In this document: piece after piece, positions 19,423 to 28,029 of the stretch
Position numbering within the stretch: position 1 is the first letter of the stretch
How the letters are laid out: every line of letters starts with the position of its first letter
Source: Pirellulaceae bacterium
GTDB lineage: Bacteria > Planctomycetota > Planctomycetia > Pirellulales > Pirellulaceae
Reading direction: 5' to 3'
Assembly: GCA_041752115.1 (NCBI GenBank)
Contig: JBGSHS010000168.1
Coordinates: 37,291 to 101,290 of the forward strand
Length of the DNA: 64,000 nucleotides
The notes under the pieces: model-generated
Told to the model about the DNA's origin: nothing
What the model saw: only the letters and a program-made list of their open reading frames with translations
Database searches by the model: none
Program-made: the position numbers and the translations under genes

Positions 19423-20406
19423 GGTAGTCCGATTCCGTTTCGTCTGCTATCGTGACGGTCCGAAAGGAAATGCTACACGTCTCTCCCCTCAAAGTGTTCG
19501 TTCCGCCACTGTGCGGAGGCGGCACGGGCAGGACGCATCTGCCCCTGGTTGGGTGGTTAGAGCGGACGCGAGCCGCCAGGGGTAACCGGCTCTACCAGTC
19601 TCGTGGCAAGGTCACCTGATCCTGCCCCCTGAACCTGCCAGATTCGGTTCCAATGCAGGCTGTCGTGGCACCCCTGTATTCTCCTGGCAACCCTGAGAAG
19701 CTTCTCGAAGATACGGGCCTCTTCGCCTTGAATTCTGTACCCACAGAAGCTCGCTGAATCACCATCATGCGCGAGTGATCAAGAGACCTGCGTTCTTGGC
19801 CGCAACCCCCGTTGTTCTTGTGACATGTCCGACCTCCCGATGGCTCCCCTGGACGTCACCATGACATGTTACCGACATCGTATGCCGCACGTGGGCCGCA
19901 GGCAAATTCCCAGCCACAAACTGTACCACCCCCCCGAGACAATAGTGTTTCACAAATGTGCTCAGGCCGCAAGCGTCTGGAAGGCGACCGCTGCGAAATA
20001 TTCACCCCTGGCAGAACTGCTTCCTGCGACACCTCAGGGGGAGCGGTGGGGGACGCAAGTCCCATAGGGAGCGACGCCGGGCTCACAGTGCCGACTGGCA
20101 CTCATAACGCCGACTGGGAAAAGAACCCAACGTCCAATTGGGAGAAGCGCGAATAGGCGACAGGCATCGCTCCGGAGAGAATAGCTGGTTCAACGCAATT
20201 CCCGGCAGTACGGATGGTAACGGGGGCGAACACGGCGGTCGATTCCTGCCGACCCTCTCAGCAATTCACTTCCACGGGCAGTGCCAATCCAAGATGTCTC
20301 TGCGGCGTTCCTCCGCTCTGATGTACCGGGAATGCGCTGTGGCGGCTCTCCCTAGCATCAGGACGTTGGCGAATCCCACTGGATGAGTTGGGAAAAGGAA
20401 AGAAGC

Positions 20407-20823
20407 ATGTATGCCGCAACGAAGCATGTCGGTGACCGGTTTCAGATTGATCCATCTTTGGAGGTCGTGGTCCTGGAACTCGCAGCGCGTCAAGTGAAGC
20501 TCGGTATTCGTTCGCTGGCAGATTTCCCGGAGTCGGTTCCGCGCATCACCCCCTCCGGATCGGTCGGTCGACCTGCTGCCTATTACCATTCGCGCGATGG
20601 TGTGACCATGCTCGTTGTTTCCCCGGCAGCGGGAGATCGACTCCAGATCAACCAGTCGGTCGATTTGTCGATCGACGACTTGAGCGAGCATGAGGTACGC
20701 TTGTCCGCCATTGCATCGAGCCATGCACAACGGCTCGTCCTTGCAGTGCCGGGAGCACGACCCTTTTCCTGGCAAGAGAGCGGGCTCGAATCGACCTCGT
20801 GGAGTGAGACTGCTCACCGTTAA
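20407..20823 (+). CDS. Tandem-duplicated CsrA-like protein (two CsrA-like modules in one chain)
   Basis: Module 1 MYAATKHVGDRFQIDPSLEVVVLELAARQVKLGI (from 20407) and module 2 MLVVSPAAGDRLQINQSVDLSIDDLSEHEVRLSAI (from 20608) both align by eye with CsrA [34 protein letters not shown]. Start set at the Met that matches the CsrA N-terminus. Confidence 0.55.
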   Translation: MYAATKHVGDRFQIDPSLEVVVLELAARQVKLGIRSLADFPESVPRITPSGSVGRPAAYYHSRDGVTMLVVSPAAGDRLQINQSVDLSIDDLSEHEVRLSAIASSHAQRLVLAVPGARPFSWQESGLESTSWSETAHR

Positions 20824-21211
20824 GCAGCAGTGGTCATCCTGCTGAGCTATTAGCTAGTGAAGGGCCAGCCGGTGAAGGGCCAGCCCCCGACATCTTGCTC
20901 ACGGACAACCGGCTCACGAGTGGCGGCGAGAGGAGTATTTCTGCGCCGTTGGGTGGACCAAGCGCCGCGAGGTGAAGCCGACCGACGGCCACCATCAGAG
21001 AACGGACGGCGACGAAGGGAAGGGGCTGGAGTGGCTCGCTGCGACGACCTGTCGCGAGGTCTTCCAGGGTGTCGGCATGCTCCGACGAGCGGGGGTGCGC
21101 TGGCGCACCGCCGATCAAGAATCGCACTTCTCGGTAACCGGTTGGTACGAGAAGTGCTGCCAAACTCCACAAGCTGGAAGCTGAGTAGAACGTCTTATGT
21201 GGAGACTGGTC

Positions 21212-21505
21212 ATGGCAGTGCATATGACCTGCGAGGTCGAGTTCATTGGTGGTCCTGTGGACGGCCAGACGGATAAGCTGGGAAGGCCACTGGACCCGTT
21301 TCTCGGGATACGGAGTGTGACCGAGGCGGACTCGTTGTGGGCAGCGGCGTGGCGGCTCTTGTCCGGGCACCGGCAAGCCTCCCATTCAGCCGTGGCCGTC
21401 TATGAACTCCAGCAGTTGGACGACGGGCGGCAATGTTATCGCTATCTGGGAACACACGTCATTTCACGTTCGTTTCTGCCAGTGAGAGAGAAGAGTTGTG
21501 GATGA
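21212..21505 (+). CDS. Hypothetical small protein
   Basis: GGAG lies 8 nt upstream of ATG 21212. Sequence MAVHMTCEVEFIGGPVDGQ...AVYEL...CYRYLG. Third-position GC is similar to confirmed genes (hand count). No known domain. Confidence 0.35.
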   Translation: MAVHMTCEVEFIGGPVDGQTDKLGRPLDPFLGIRSVTEADSLWAAAWRLLSGHRQASHSAVAVYELQQLDDGRQCYRYLGTHVISRSFLPVREKSCG

Positions 21506-22004
21506 TCGTGCTCAGACAGTTGTTCCTGGCGCAACTCACTGCGGGGAGGTGGAACCGGAGGAGTTGGCGGAGTGGATGGAGAGCTGGGACGACCTGGCAG
21601 CTTGTTACGGGCTGACGGGAATATCGGAGTTGCTACGGGTATTGCAGAGGGGGCGCAGCAGCACGGCGGACCAGTTGCGGCTTGGGAAGGTGCTGTGGAG
21701 GACGCGCGCCACACGGCTCTTCCTGCCGTTGTCGTTCTCCGATGACCACCGAGCGATCCATGGCGCTGAAGCTGCTCGGTTCATGAGGGCAGCTGGAAGA
21801 GTCGCTTTCGAGCACCTTGAAACGGCTACTGGTCTCCTGCCTTGGGCCGGTCGATCGCGGCTGCCCCACGCTGACAGACCGGTGCCGGAGATGGGCAGCG
21901 AGATGCCACGTCAGATTGACCGGCGACGAGCTCCGATGAGGGAGGGTGTGGTCTCCGTGGGCGCGGAGATTGCGAGCCGACGACCGGGCGCAGGCGGCCT
22001 TTGA
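21498..22004 (+). CDS. Hypothetical protein
   Basis: GTG 21498 overlaps the previous stop by 8 nt. The N-terminal 100 aa look protein-like (EELAEWMESWDDLAACYGLTGISELLRVLQ); the C-terminal part is Arg/Gly-rich and doubtful. Confidence 0.3.
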   Translation: MDDRAQTVVPGATHCGEVEPEELAEWMESWDDLAACYGLTGISELLRVLQRGRSSTADQLRLGKVLWRTRATRLFLPLSFSDDHRAIHGAEAARFMRAAGRVAFEHLETATGLLPWAGRSRLPHADRPVPEMGSEMPRQIDRRRAPMREGVVSVGAEIASRRPGAGGL

Positions 22005-22152
22005 GGCGAGAGGTGACCGGCATGTCGTTTGCACGGGCATGAGTGATTTCGCTGTCAAGAGGCCTTCCGTTCAGAGCGCCGTGCCAACGGCGGCCACCCA
22101 GCGAGCATGCACCCAGCGAAGACACGAGATGTGTGGCAAGGAGGAGACCGAC

Positions 22153-22617
22153 ATGCCGGCCCGCGACGAAAGCCATCCAGGTGAGGTAACGATTGCCGGC
22201 GCTGCGACGCTGTGGGAAGCGGCCGAGAAGATCATTGCACGCCAGGTGCATGAGCTGACCGTGGTGGAGAAGAACCGCATAGTAGGTACGATCTCTATTT
22301 GCGATCTCCTGCAGGCCACCGTGATCGAGGGGAGTGATGCAGCGGAAACCAGGGTGCGACAGCTGCTCAGGAGCACCCCAGCGGCGGGAGAGTATCGGGT
22401 CAATGCACACACCGACGTCGAGCAAATGCTGACATCGGGCAATCGAGGGTGGCGGGAGTCGGGAGAGGTGCTCAGTGACGACGAAGAAACGTCGCTGATT
22501 ACGTGGCTGGAACTGGTCCACAGCCGGGTCGACCCACAGGCGACGGGAAGATTGCTGCAGCAGGACAGTTGGCCCGTGGCTTCACCCCCAGTTCCACCCG
22601 AAGAAGGCAGCTCATGA
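22153..22617 (+). CDS. CBS-domain pair protein
   Basis: GGAGGAG lies 7 nt upstream of ATG 22153. First CBS domain VTIAGAATLWEAAEKIIARQVHELTVVEKNRIVGTISICDLL, followed by a weaker second CBS domain. Confidence 0.65.
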   Translation: MPARDESHPGEVTIAGAATLWEAAEKIIARQVHELTVVEKNRIVGTISICDLLQATVIEGSDAAETRVRQLLRSTPAAGEYRVNAHTDVEQMLTSGNRGWRESGEVLSDDEETSLITWLELVHSRVDPQATGRLLQQDSWPVASPPVPPEEGSS

Positions 22618-23495
22618 ACAACCGAGAAATCGCCGCCAGCCTGGAGGGAGTTGCGAAGCTGTTGGAACTGCAGGAAGCGAATCCGTTCCGAATACGCAGT
22701 GACCGCCGTGCGGCCGATCATATTCGTCAGTTGGAGACTCCAGTGAGTACGCTCTATCGGAACGGAGGAGAGGCTCAGCTGCGACAGATTGAAGGGGTAG
22801 GAAATCGGCTGGCCGGCGCCCTGAAGGAACTGATTGAGACGGGCCGACTGCGCATGGCAGAACGACTTCAGAGCGAACTGGTGCCCGAGGCGTTGTTCAT
22901 GCAGATTCCCGGCATTGGGCCGGAGCTGGCTGATCGCATTCAAGATGAACTGGGAATCACAACGCTCGAGGAACTGGAGCTGGCCGCGCACGACGGCCGG
23001 CTGGCCCGCGTGGAAGGAGTGGGACGTAAGCGGTTGACTGGCATTCGGCATGCTTTGACCAGCCTCCTGAGCCGGCCAGCAGCCGGGTCGAACACCAGCG
23101 AGTTGGCCGGATCAGCGGCCGGTGATCCTCCCGCCGTGAAGACCTTGTTGGAGCTGGATGAGGAGTACCGGCGGCGAGCGGCTCAGGGTGATCTGCCTCG
23201 GGTCGCACCACGCCGTTTCAATCCTTCCGGCGAGAAGTGGCTGCCCATCATGCGGACCACGGTGGGAGAATGGGATGTGACGCTGCTGTACTCCAACACC
23301 AAGCGCGCTCACGACCTGAACAAGACGCATGATTGGGTCGTGATCTACTACGAAAAGGATGGCGAACACGATCAGTGCACGGTGGTGACAGATGCGACTG
23401 GGGAGTTCGCCCACAAACGCGTGGTGCGGGGGCGGGAAGCCGAGTGCCGCAGTTATTACGCCTCGTTGGATGTCGCGATCCCGCCACCGAGCTGA
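22614..23495 (+). CDS. Helix-hairpin-helix protein related to the PolX N-terminal (8-kDa/fingers) region, lacking a nucleotidyltransferase palm
   Basis: ATG 22614 overlaps the CBS stop (ATGA). NREIAASLEGVAKLLELQEANPFRIRS...IEGVGNRLAGALKELIETG...IPGIGPELADRI...VEGVGRKRLTGI are HhH motifs. The C-terminal half (WDVTLLYSNTKRAHDLNKTHDWVVIYY...RVVRGREAEC) has no GS...DxD palm motif. Confidence 0.7.
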   Translation: MNNREIAASLEGVAKLLELQEANPFRIRSDRRAADHIRQLETPVSTLYRNGGEAQLRQIEGVGNRLAGALKELIETGRLRMAERLQSELVPEALFMQIPGIGPELADRIQDELGITTLEELELAAHDGRLARVEGVGRKRLTGIRHALTSLLSRPAAGSNTSELAGSAAGDPPAVKTLLELDEEYRRRAAQGDLPRVAPRRFNPSGEKWLPIMRTTVGEWDVTLLYSNTKRAHDLNKTHDWVVIYYEKDGEHDQCTVVTDATGEFAHKRVVRGREAECRSYYASLDVAIPPPS

Positions 23496-23719
23496 TGGTC
23501 CAGCAGCGAACCGGACAGGCTGGGATGGCCATGGCTGAGGGAGCGGTGCAGGTCGCTCCGCTACGGGAACCCGCCAGCCCGCGGGCCCGCCAGAGAAACA
23601 GCCAGAAAGGCTCTCCCCCTGCGACAGCAGAGCGGGGCATGCACCACGTCTCTGCTCAGGGGCGACCACCTTGCCGGCTGGTTTCTCTGTCTACTTGCGC
23701 TCACCATCCGCGGCCCCCA

Positions 23720-23890
23720 TCAGGCAATCGGTCGGCGCATTCCGCCGGCGAGCAAACTGATAATGAAGAGCACCAGGAAGACGAAGAACAGGATCTTCGC
23801 GATACCGGCTGCTCCAGCCGCGATGCCGCCAAACCCGAATACGGCCGCGATCACGGCGACGATGAAAAAGAGTAACGCCCAATACAACAT
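23720..23890 (-). CDS. DUF1328/UPF0391-family small membrane protein (56 aa; below the ORF-track cutoff)
   Basis: Hand translation: [56 protein letters not shown], stop TGA. GAGGAGG lies 7 nt upstream of ATG 23890. Confidence 0.8.
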   Translation of the reverse strand: MLYWALLFFIVAVIAAVFGFGGIAAGAAGIAKILFFVFLVLFIISLLAGGMRRPIA

Positions 23891-24227
23891 GACCGAACCT
23901 CCTCACAGGACCATTCCCAGCTGCAGTAGCGGCTCGTGGTCGGTCGCACTCTCGAGTGAGGGTTGTCGTGACCGAATCGGCCGCCCGCCTCCAGCGGATG
24001 GAGGCGGTGTAAGGAAACAGGTACAAATCCTGTGCCAGACGTTGGCCGAGGTATGTCCCATTGCGTGCTACAAGCCCGCGGCAGGAAAAGAGTGGTGCAC
24101 GTGACTGTCAGATCCGGCGGCACAAGGACTGTCAAAGTAATCGTGGTCCCCCCCTGACCAGACTGCTCGCCCGGAAACCATCGTTTCACGCGGGATGTTG
24201 CCCGGTTTGAGGCCCTCTTGGCCGAGA

Positions 24228-25157
24228 CTACTCCCGCAGGCGATCCAGCAGGACGGCGGCGACGATGATAAGGCCTTTCACGACGAGCTGATAATACGGG
24301 GAGATCATCAGCAGGTTCATGCCGTTATTAATCGTGCCGATCAGGAGCGCTCCAATCAGGGTGCCCCATACGCTTCCTCGCCCTCCCATCAGGCTGGTGC
24401 CACCGATCACGACCGCCGCGATCACATCCAGCTCATAACCTGTTCCGGCAATTGATTCGCCGGAGTTGAGACGTGACGTGAGCACCAGAGCGCCGAGTGC
24501 TGCGGTCAATCCCACGATGGCATAGACCGCGACCTTGTAATAATCGACCTGGACGCCCGCCAGACGTGCGGCCTCTTCGTTGCCTCCGATGGCATAGGTG
24601 TACCGTCCGAGCGTGGTGTAACGGAGAATGGCGGCGGCTGCGAGCACGGTCGCTCCAAAGATCAGAATGGGGACCGCGACCCCGAACAGTTCTCCCGACC
24701 CGATGTAGCGGAAGCTGGGGCTGAATCCGCTGATCGGCTGCCCGTTCGTGAAGATATGGGCAAGCCCTCGCGCGATGCTCATGGTTCCCAGAGTCACGAC
24801 GAACGGAGTCACTTTGCCCAGTGTGATGATGACGCCGTTCAGGGTGCCGATGAACGTTCCCAGCAGCAAGGTGACGGCGACGACGGCAATGACCGGCAAC
24901 CCTCGACGTTCCAGATCCGCACACACAACTCCGGTGAGCGCGAGAATCGAACCAACCGACAGATCAATCCCGGCGGTGAGTATGACGAAGGTCATGCCAA
25001 CGGCCATCACGCCGATCACGGACGTTTGTCGCATGACGTTGGTCAGGTTGTTCGTCGTGCGGAAAGAAGGCTCGAGAATCGATAATGCCACGACCACTCC
25101 GACAAAGCCCAGCACGATTCCGTACTGTCGGAAGGCGTGGCCCAGCCAGTTGTTCAT
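24228..25157 (-). CDS. Sugar ABC transporter permease (RbsC/AraH type)
   Basis: 309 aa, multi-pass. GIDLSVGSILALTGVV and the overall pattern are typical of ribose/arabinose-type permeases. Overlaps the ATPase gene by 4 nt. Confidence 0.85.
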   Translation of the reverse strand: MNNWLGHAFRQYGIVLGFVGVVVALSILEPSFRTTNNLTNVMRQTSVIGVMAVGMTFVILTAGIDLSVGSILALTGVVCADLERRGLPVIAVVAVTLLLGTFIGTLNGVIITLGKVTPFVVTLGTMSIARGLAHIFTNGQPISGFSPSFRYIGSGELFGVAVPILIFGATVLAAAAILRYTTLGRYTYAIGGNEEAARLAGVQVDYYKVAVYAIVGLTAALGALVLTSRLNSGESIAGTGYELDVIAAVVIGGTSLMGGRGSVWGTLIGALLIGTINNGMNLLMISPYYQLVVKGLIIVAAVLLDRLRE

Positions 25158-26665
25158 AGCTTACCTCCATCAGTCCGCACCGCCAGCCGCATGATCGATT
25201 CGGGTGTGGCTTCGTCACGCCGCAGTTCGCCTGCAATGGCTCCTTCGCTGACCACGAGAATGCGGTCGCTCATGCAGAGCACTTCCGGCAGATCGGATGA
25301 AATCATGATGATGCCGGCCCCTTGTTTTGCCAGATCTTCCATGAGACGGTAGATTTCCGACCTCGCCCCCACATCGATGCCGCGAGTCGGTTCGTCGAAG
25401 ATGTAGATCTGGCAGTTGTGGAGTAGCCACCGGGCCAATACGACTTTCTGTTGATTCCCACCACTGAGATGCTTGACGTGCTGTCCCAGGGATGCTGCCT
25501 TGAGTCGCAGTTGCTTGCCCACTTGCTCCACCGACCGCATCAACGCCCGGTGGCGGATGACGCCCAGAACGCAGGTGCGCTGCAAGATGGAGAGGGTGGC
25601 ATTATCGAACACCGACATCTCCAGCACCAGCCCGTCGCTCTTGCGATCCTCGGGAATGAGCCCGATCCCCTGCGACACCGCCTGGTGAGGAGCACGGATG
25701 CGGACCGGCGTTCCCGCCACGCTCACGGTCCCCGCATCGGCCTTACGTCGTCCGAAGATCAGTTCGGCAATCTCCGTTCGGCCCGATCCGACCAGGCCGG
25801 CCAGGCCAAGAATCTCTCCGCTGTGAAGCCTGAAGGAAACCTGGCGGCAAACGCCGTGTCGGGTCAGCCCTCGGACCTCCAGCAAGACGCCACCTTTCGG
25901 CACGTCCTCCTTCGGGTAGTACTCGTCGATGCTGCGTCCCACCATGTGCCGAATGATGTCCTGCGCGGGCAGCTCCGTCTGCTTCGCTGTCGCCACGTGC
26001 TTTCCGTCACGCAGAACGGTGACGCGATCCGCGATGCGACGGATTTCCTCCAGGCGATGCGAAATGTAGACGATGCCGACCTGCCGCTTTTTCAATTCGT
26101 GAATAATGGTGAACAGTTTTTCCGTCTCACGCTCGGTCAGTGCCGCCGTCGGCTCATCCATCACCACGACTTTGGCGTTACACGATACGGCTTTGGCAAT
26201 CTCGATGATCTGCTGACAGGCGACTCCCAGCCGCCCGACCGGAGTGCGAGGATCGACTTTCAGCCCGAACCGGCTCAGGATCTCGGTGGTCTGTCGGCGC
26301 ATGGCCGACCAGTTGACAATCCCGAACGGGAAGCGAAGTGTCGGCTCGCGCCCAAGGAACAGGTTCTCAGCCACCGACAGTTCCGGAACCAGATTCAGCT
26401 CCTGATAGATGACGCGCACCCCGGCCTCCGTCATCTCGCGGGGAGAACGCGGGTCAACGGGGCGGCCCGACAGCCGGATCGTACCGGCATCGGCACGATG
26501 AACTCCCGCCAGGACCTTGATCAGGGTCGACTTTCCCGCGCCGTTTTCACCGACCAACGCATGCACTTCGCCTTCCAGAAGCTCGAAGTCGACCTGCTGC
26601 AGTGCTTGGACACCGGGAAACGCCTTGCTGATCTGCTCCATCGAGACGAGAGGTATGCCAGGCAC
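25154..26665 (-). CDS. Sugar ABC transporter ATP-binding protein (two fused ABC domains, RbsA/AraG type)
   Basis: 503 aa. Walker A GENGAGKST, signature LSGGNQQKV, Walker B IYIFDEPTRGID, and a duplicated ABC architecture. Confidence 0.9.
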   Translation of the reverse strand: MPGIPLVSMEQISKAFPGVQALQQVDFELLEGEVHALVGENGAGKSTLIKVLAGVHRADAGTIRLSGRPVDPRSPREMTEAGVRVIYQELNLVPELSVAENLFLGREPTLRFPFGIVNWSAMRRQTTEILSRFGLKVDPRTPVGRLGVACQQIIEIAKAVSCNAKVVVMDEPTAALTERETEKLFTIIHELKKRQVGIVYISHRLEEIRRIADRVTVLRDGKHVATAKQTELPAQDIIRHMVGRSIDEYYPKEDVPKGGVLLEVRGLTRHGVCRQVSFRLHSGEILGLAGLVGSGRTEIAELIFGRRKADAGTVSVAGTPVRIRAPHQAVSQGIGLIPEDRKSDGLVLEMSVFDNATLSILQRTCVLGVIRHRALMRSVEQVGKQLRLKAASLGQHVKHLSGGNQQKVVLARWLLHNCQIYIFDEPTRGIDVGARSEIYRLMEDLAKQGAGIIMISSDLPEVLCMSDRILVVSEGAIAGELRRDEATPESIMRLAVRTDGGKL

Positions 26666-26668
26666 TCG

Positions 26669-27646
26669 TCACTCCTTCGCCTGCTGCCCTTGGTGTTCGG
26701 CCTGGTCCAGATTCTGCGCTGTGATCACAACCGGCTTGATGTAGATCTCAGGAGACTCCGGCGCCGACTTGTCGCGGAGATGTGTAACGAGAGCTTGCAG
26801 TGCCACTTTGGCTTGACGGCCGGGAAACTGCTCCACGGTGGCGTCGAGACGCCCCTGGCGGATGTAATCAAGCGCATCAGGGATGGCATCGTAACCGACG
26901 GTGATGACTGTGGAAGGGTCGATTCCGGCGGCTGCCATGGCCTCCAAGGCCCCCAATATCATCTCATCGTTGGCCGCATAGACGCCCTGGACGTCCTGAT
27001 GAACTTGCAGCAGGTTCTCCATCACCGTCTGGCCGCCGGCGCGCTGAAAGTTGGCGGTCTGGCTCGCCACGATCTGGATGTCGCTCGGTTCAATCACTTC
27101 GTGGAAGCCCGCTTTTCGGTCGATGGCCGGAGACGCGCCGGGAGTCCCCTCCAATTCGATCACTTCGCCCTTGCCTCCGAGTTGCGCGAGCAGAAATCGA
27201 GCCGCGACGCGACCTCCCTCCACGTTGTCGGCCCCCACATGCACCAGGACGTTTCCGCCACTGACCTTGCGGTCCACCGTGGCCACGGGGATTCCTGCCG
27301 TATTGAGCGCTTCGACGGCCGGAACCAGTGAGTCCGTGCCGATCGGTGAGATCAGCACACCATCGACCCCACGAGCAATGAAATCTTCCACGATCGACAT
27401 CTGCTTGGCCGCGGTATCTTCGGCGTCCGCCGTGATGACTCTCACCCCCAACCTCTTGGCCTCCTCCAACACGTTGTCCCGGAGATGGATGAAGAACGGA
27501 TGGGTCAGCGAGGGCACGGTCAAACCGATCACGAGTGTGCCGTCCCCGGAACCGGATCGTTCGCATCCACCGATGCTCATCCCCAGCAATCCGGCGACCA
27601 TCAGGAGACCGGCACCAACGCATCGATGTCTCATGGCAGATTTCAC
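26669..27646 (-). CDS. Sugar ABC transporter substrate-binding lipoprotein (RbsB/AraF type)
   Basis: 325 aa. Signal plus lipobox (GMSIGGC). VIGLTVPSLTHPFFIHLRDNVLEEAKRLGV...GVDGVLISP is typical of periplasmic binding protein type I. Confidence 0.85.
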   Translation of the reverse strand: MKSAMRHRCVGAGLLMVAGLLGMSIGGCERSGSGDGTLVIGLTVPSLTHPFFIHLRDNVLEEAKRLGVRVITADAEDTAAKQMSIVEDFIARGVDGVLISPIGTDSLVPAVEALNTAGIPVATVDRKVSGGNVLVHVGADNVEGGRVAARFLLAQLGGKGEVIELEGTPGASPAIDRKAGFHEVIEPSDIQIVASQTANFQRAGGQTVMENLLQVHQDVQGVYAANDEMILGALEAMAAAGIDPSTVITVGYDAIPDALDYIRQGRLDATVEQFPGRQAKVALQALVTHLRDKSAPESPEIYIKPVVITAQNLDQAEHQGQQAKE

Positions 27647-27833
27647 TCCGAAAGTTCATGCCGTTGGATCGTGACTCGGGAATTCGCCCGACAAGGTTCT
27701 CTTCACACTCCTCCCCATAACTCAGCCCGGGAGACTCAGGGACCCAACCCGGGAGGATGGTAGCGGGAGTTCAAGTGGGCGGCAGGTCGCTGCCCGCCTC
27801 GACGTGTGCTCCTATGATAACGTCTGCCGACCT

Positions 27834-27866
27834 TCACCGGAATCACGTCACCGGAATCACGTCACC
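27834..27866. promoter_or_regulatory. Tandem 14-bp direct repeat in a divergent intergenic region (candidate operator)
   Basis: TCACCGGAATCACG x2 plus a partial third copy (TCACC). Lies between the ABC operon start (27646, minus) and the ArgA-like gene start (28030, plus). Confidence 0.35.
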
Positions 27867-28029
27867 TGCTGACAGGCGTGGTGCAAGCCCCCGTGGCGCC
27901 GCTAGAATGGGGTCGCGTCACGGCCGACCGCCTGCCAGCAGGAGCCTGCTCGATTCGGCGACACCCGGCTGACGTATTCGGGAAAGAGCAATCGCGGCTG
28001 CCGAAACGATGTGAAGTCGAGGGAGGTCG

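Noticed and set aside
25451-27331. 626-aa plus-strand ORF, the longest in the window
   Set aside because: It is antisense to the ABC ATPase and binding-protein genes. The minus-strand translations of those genes carry Walker A (GENGAGKST), the signature motif (LSGGNQQKV) and Walker B. The plus-frame product is Arg/His/Leu-rich with no motif, which is a typical shadow ORF in GC-rich DNA.
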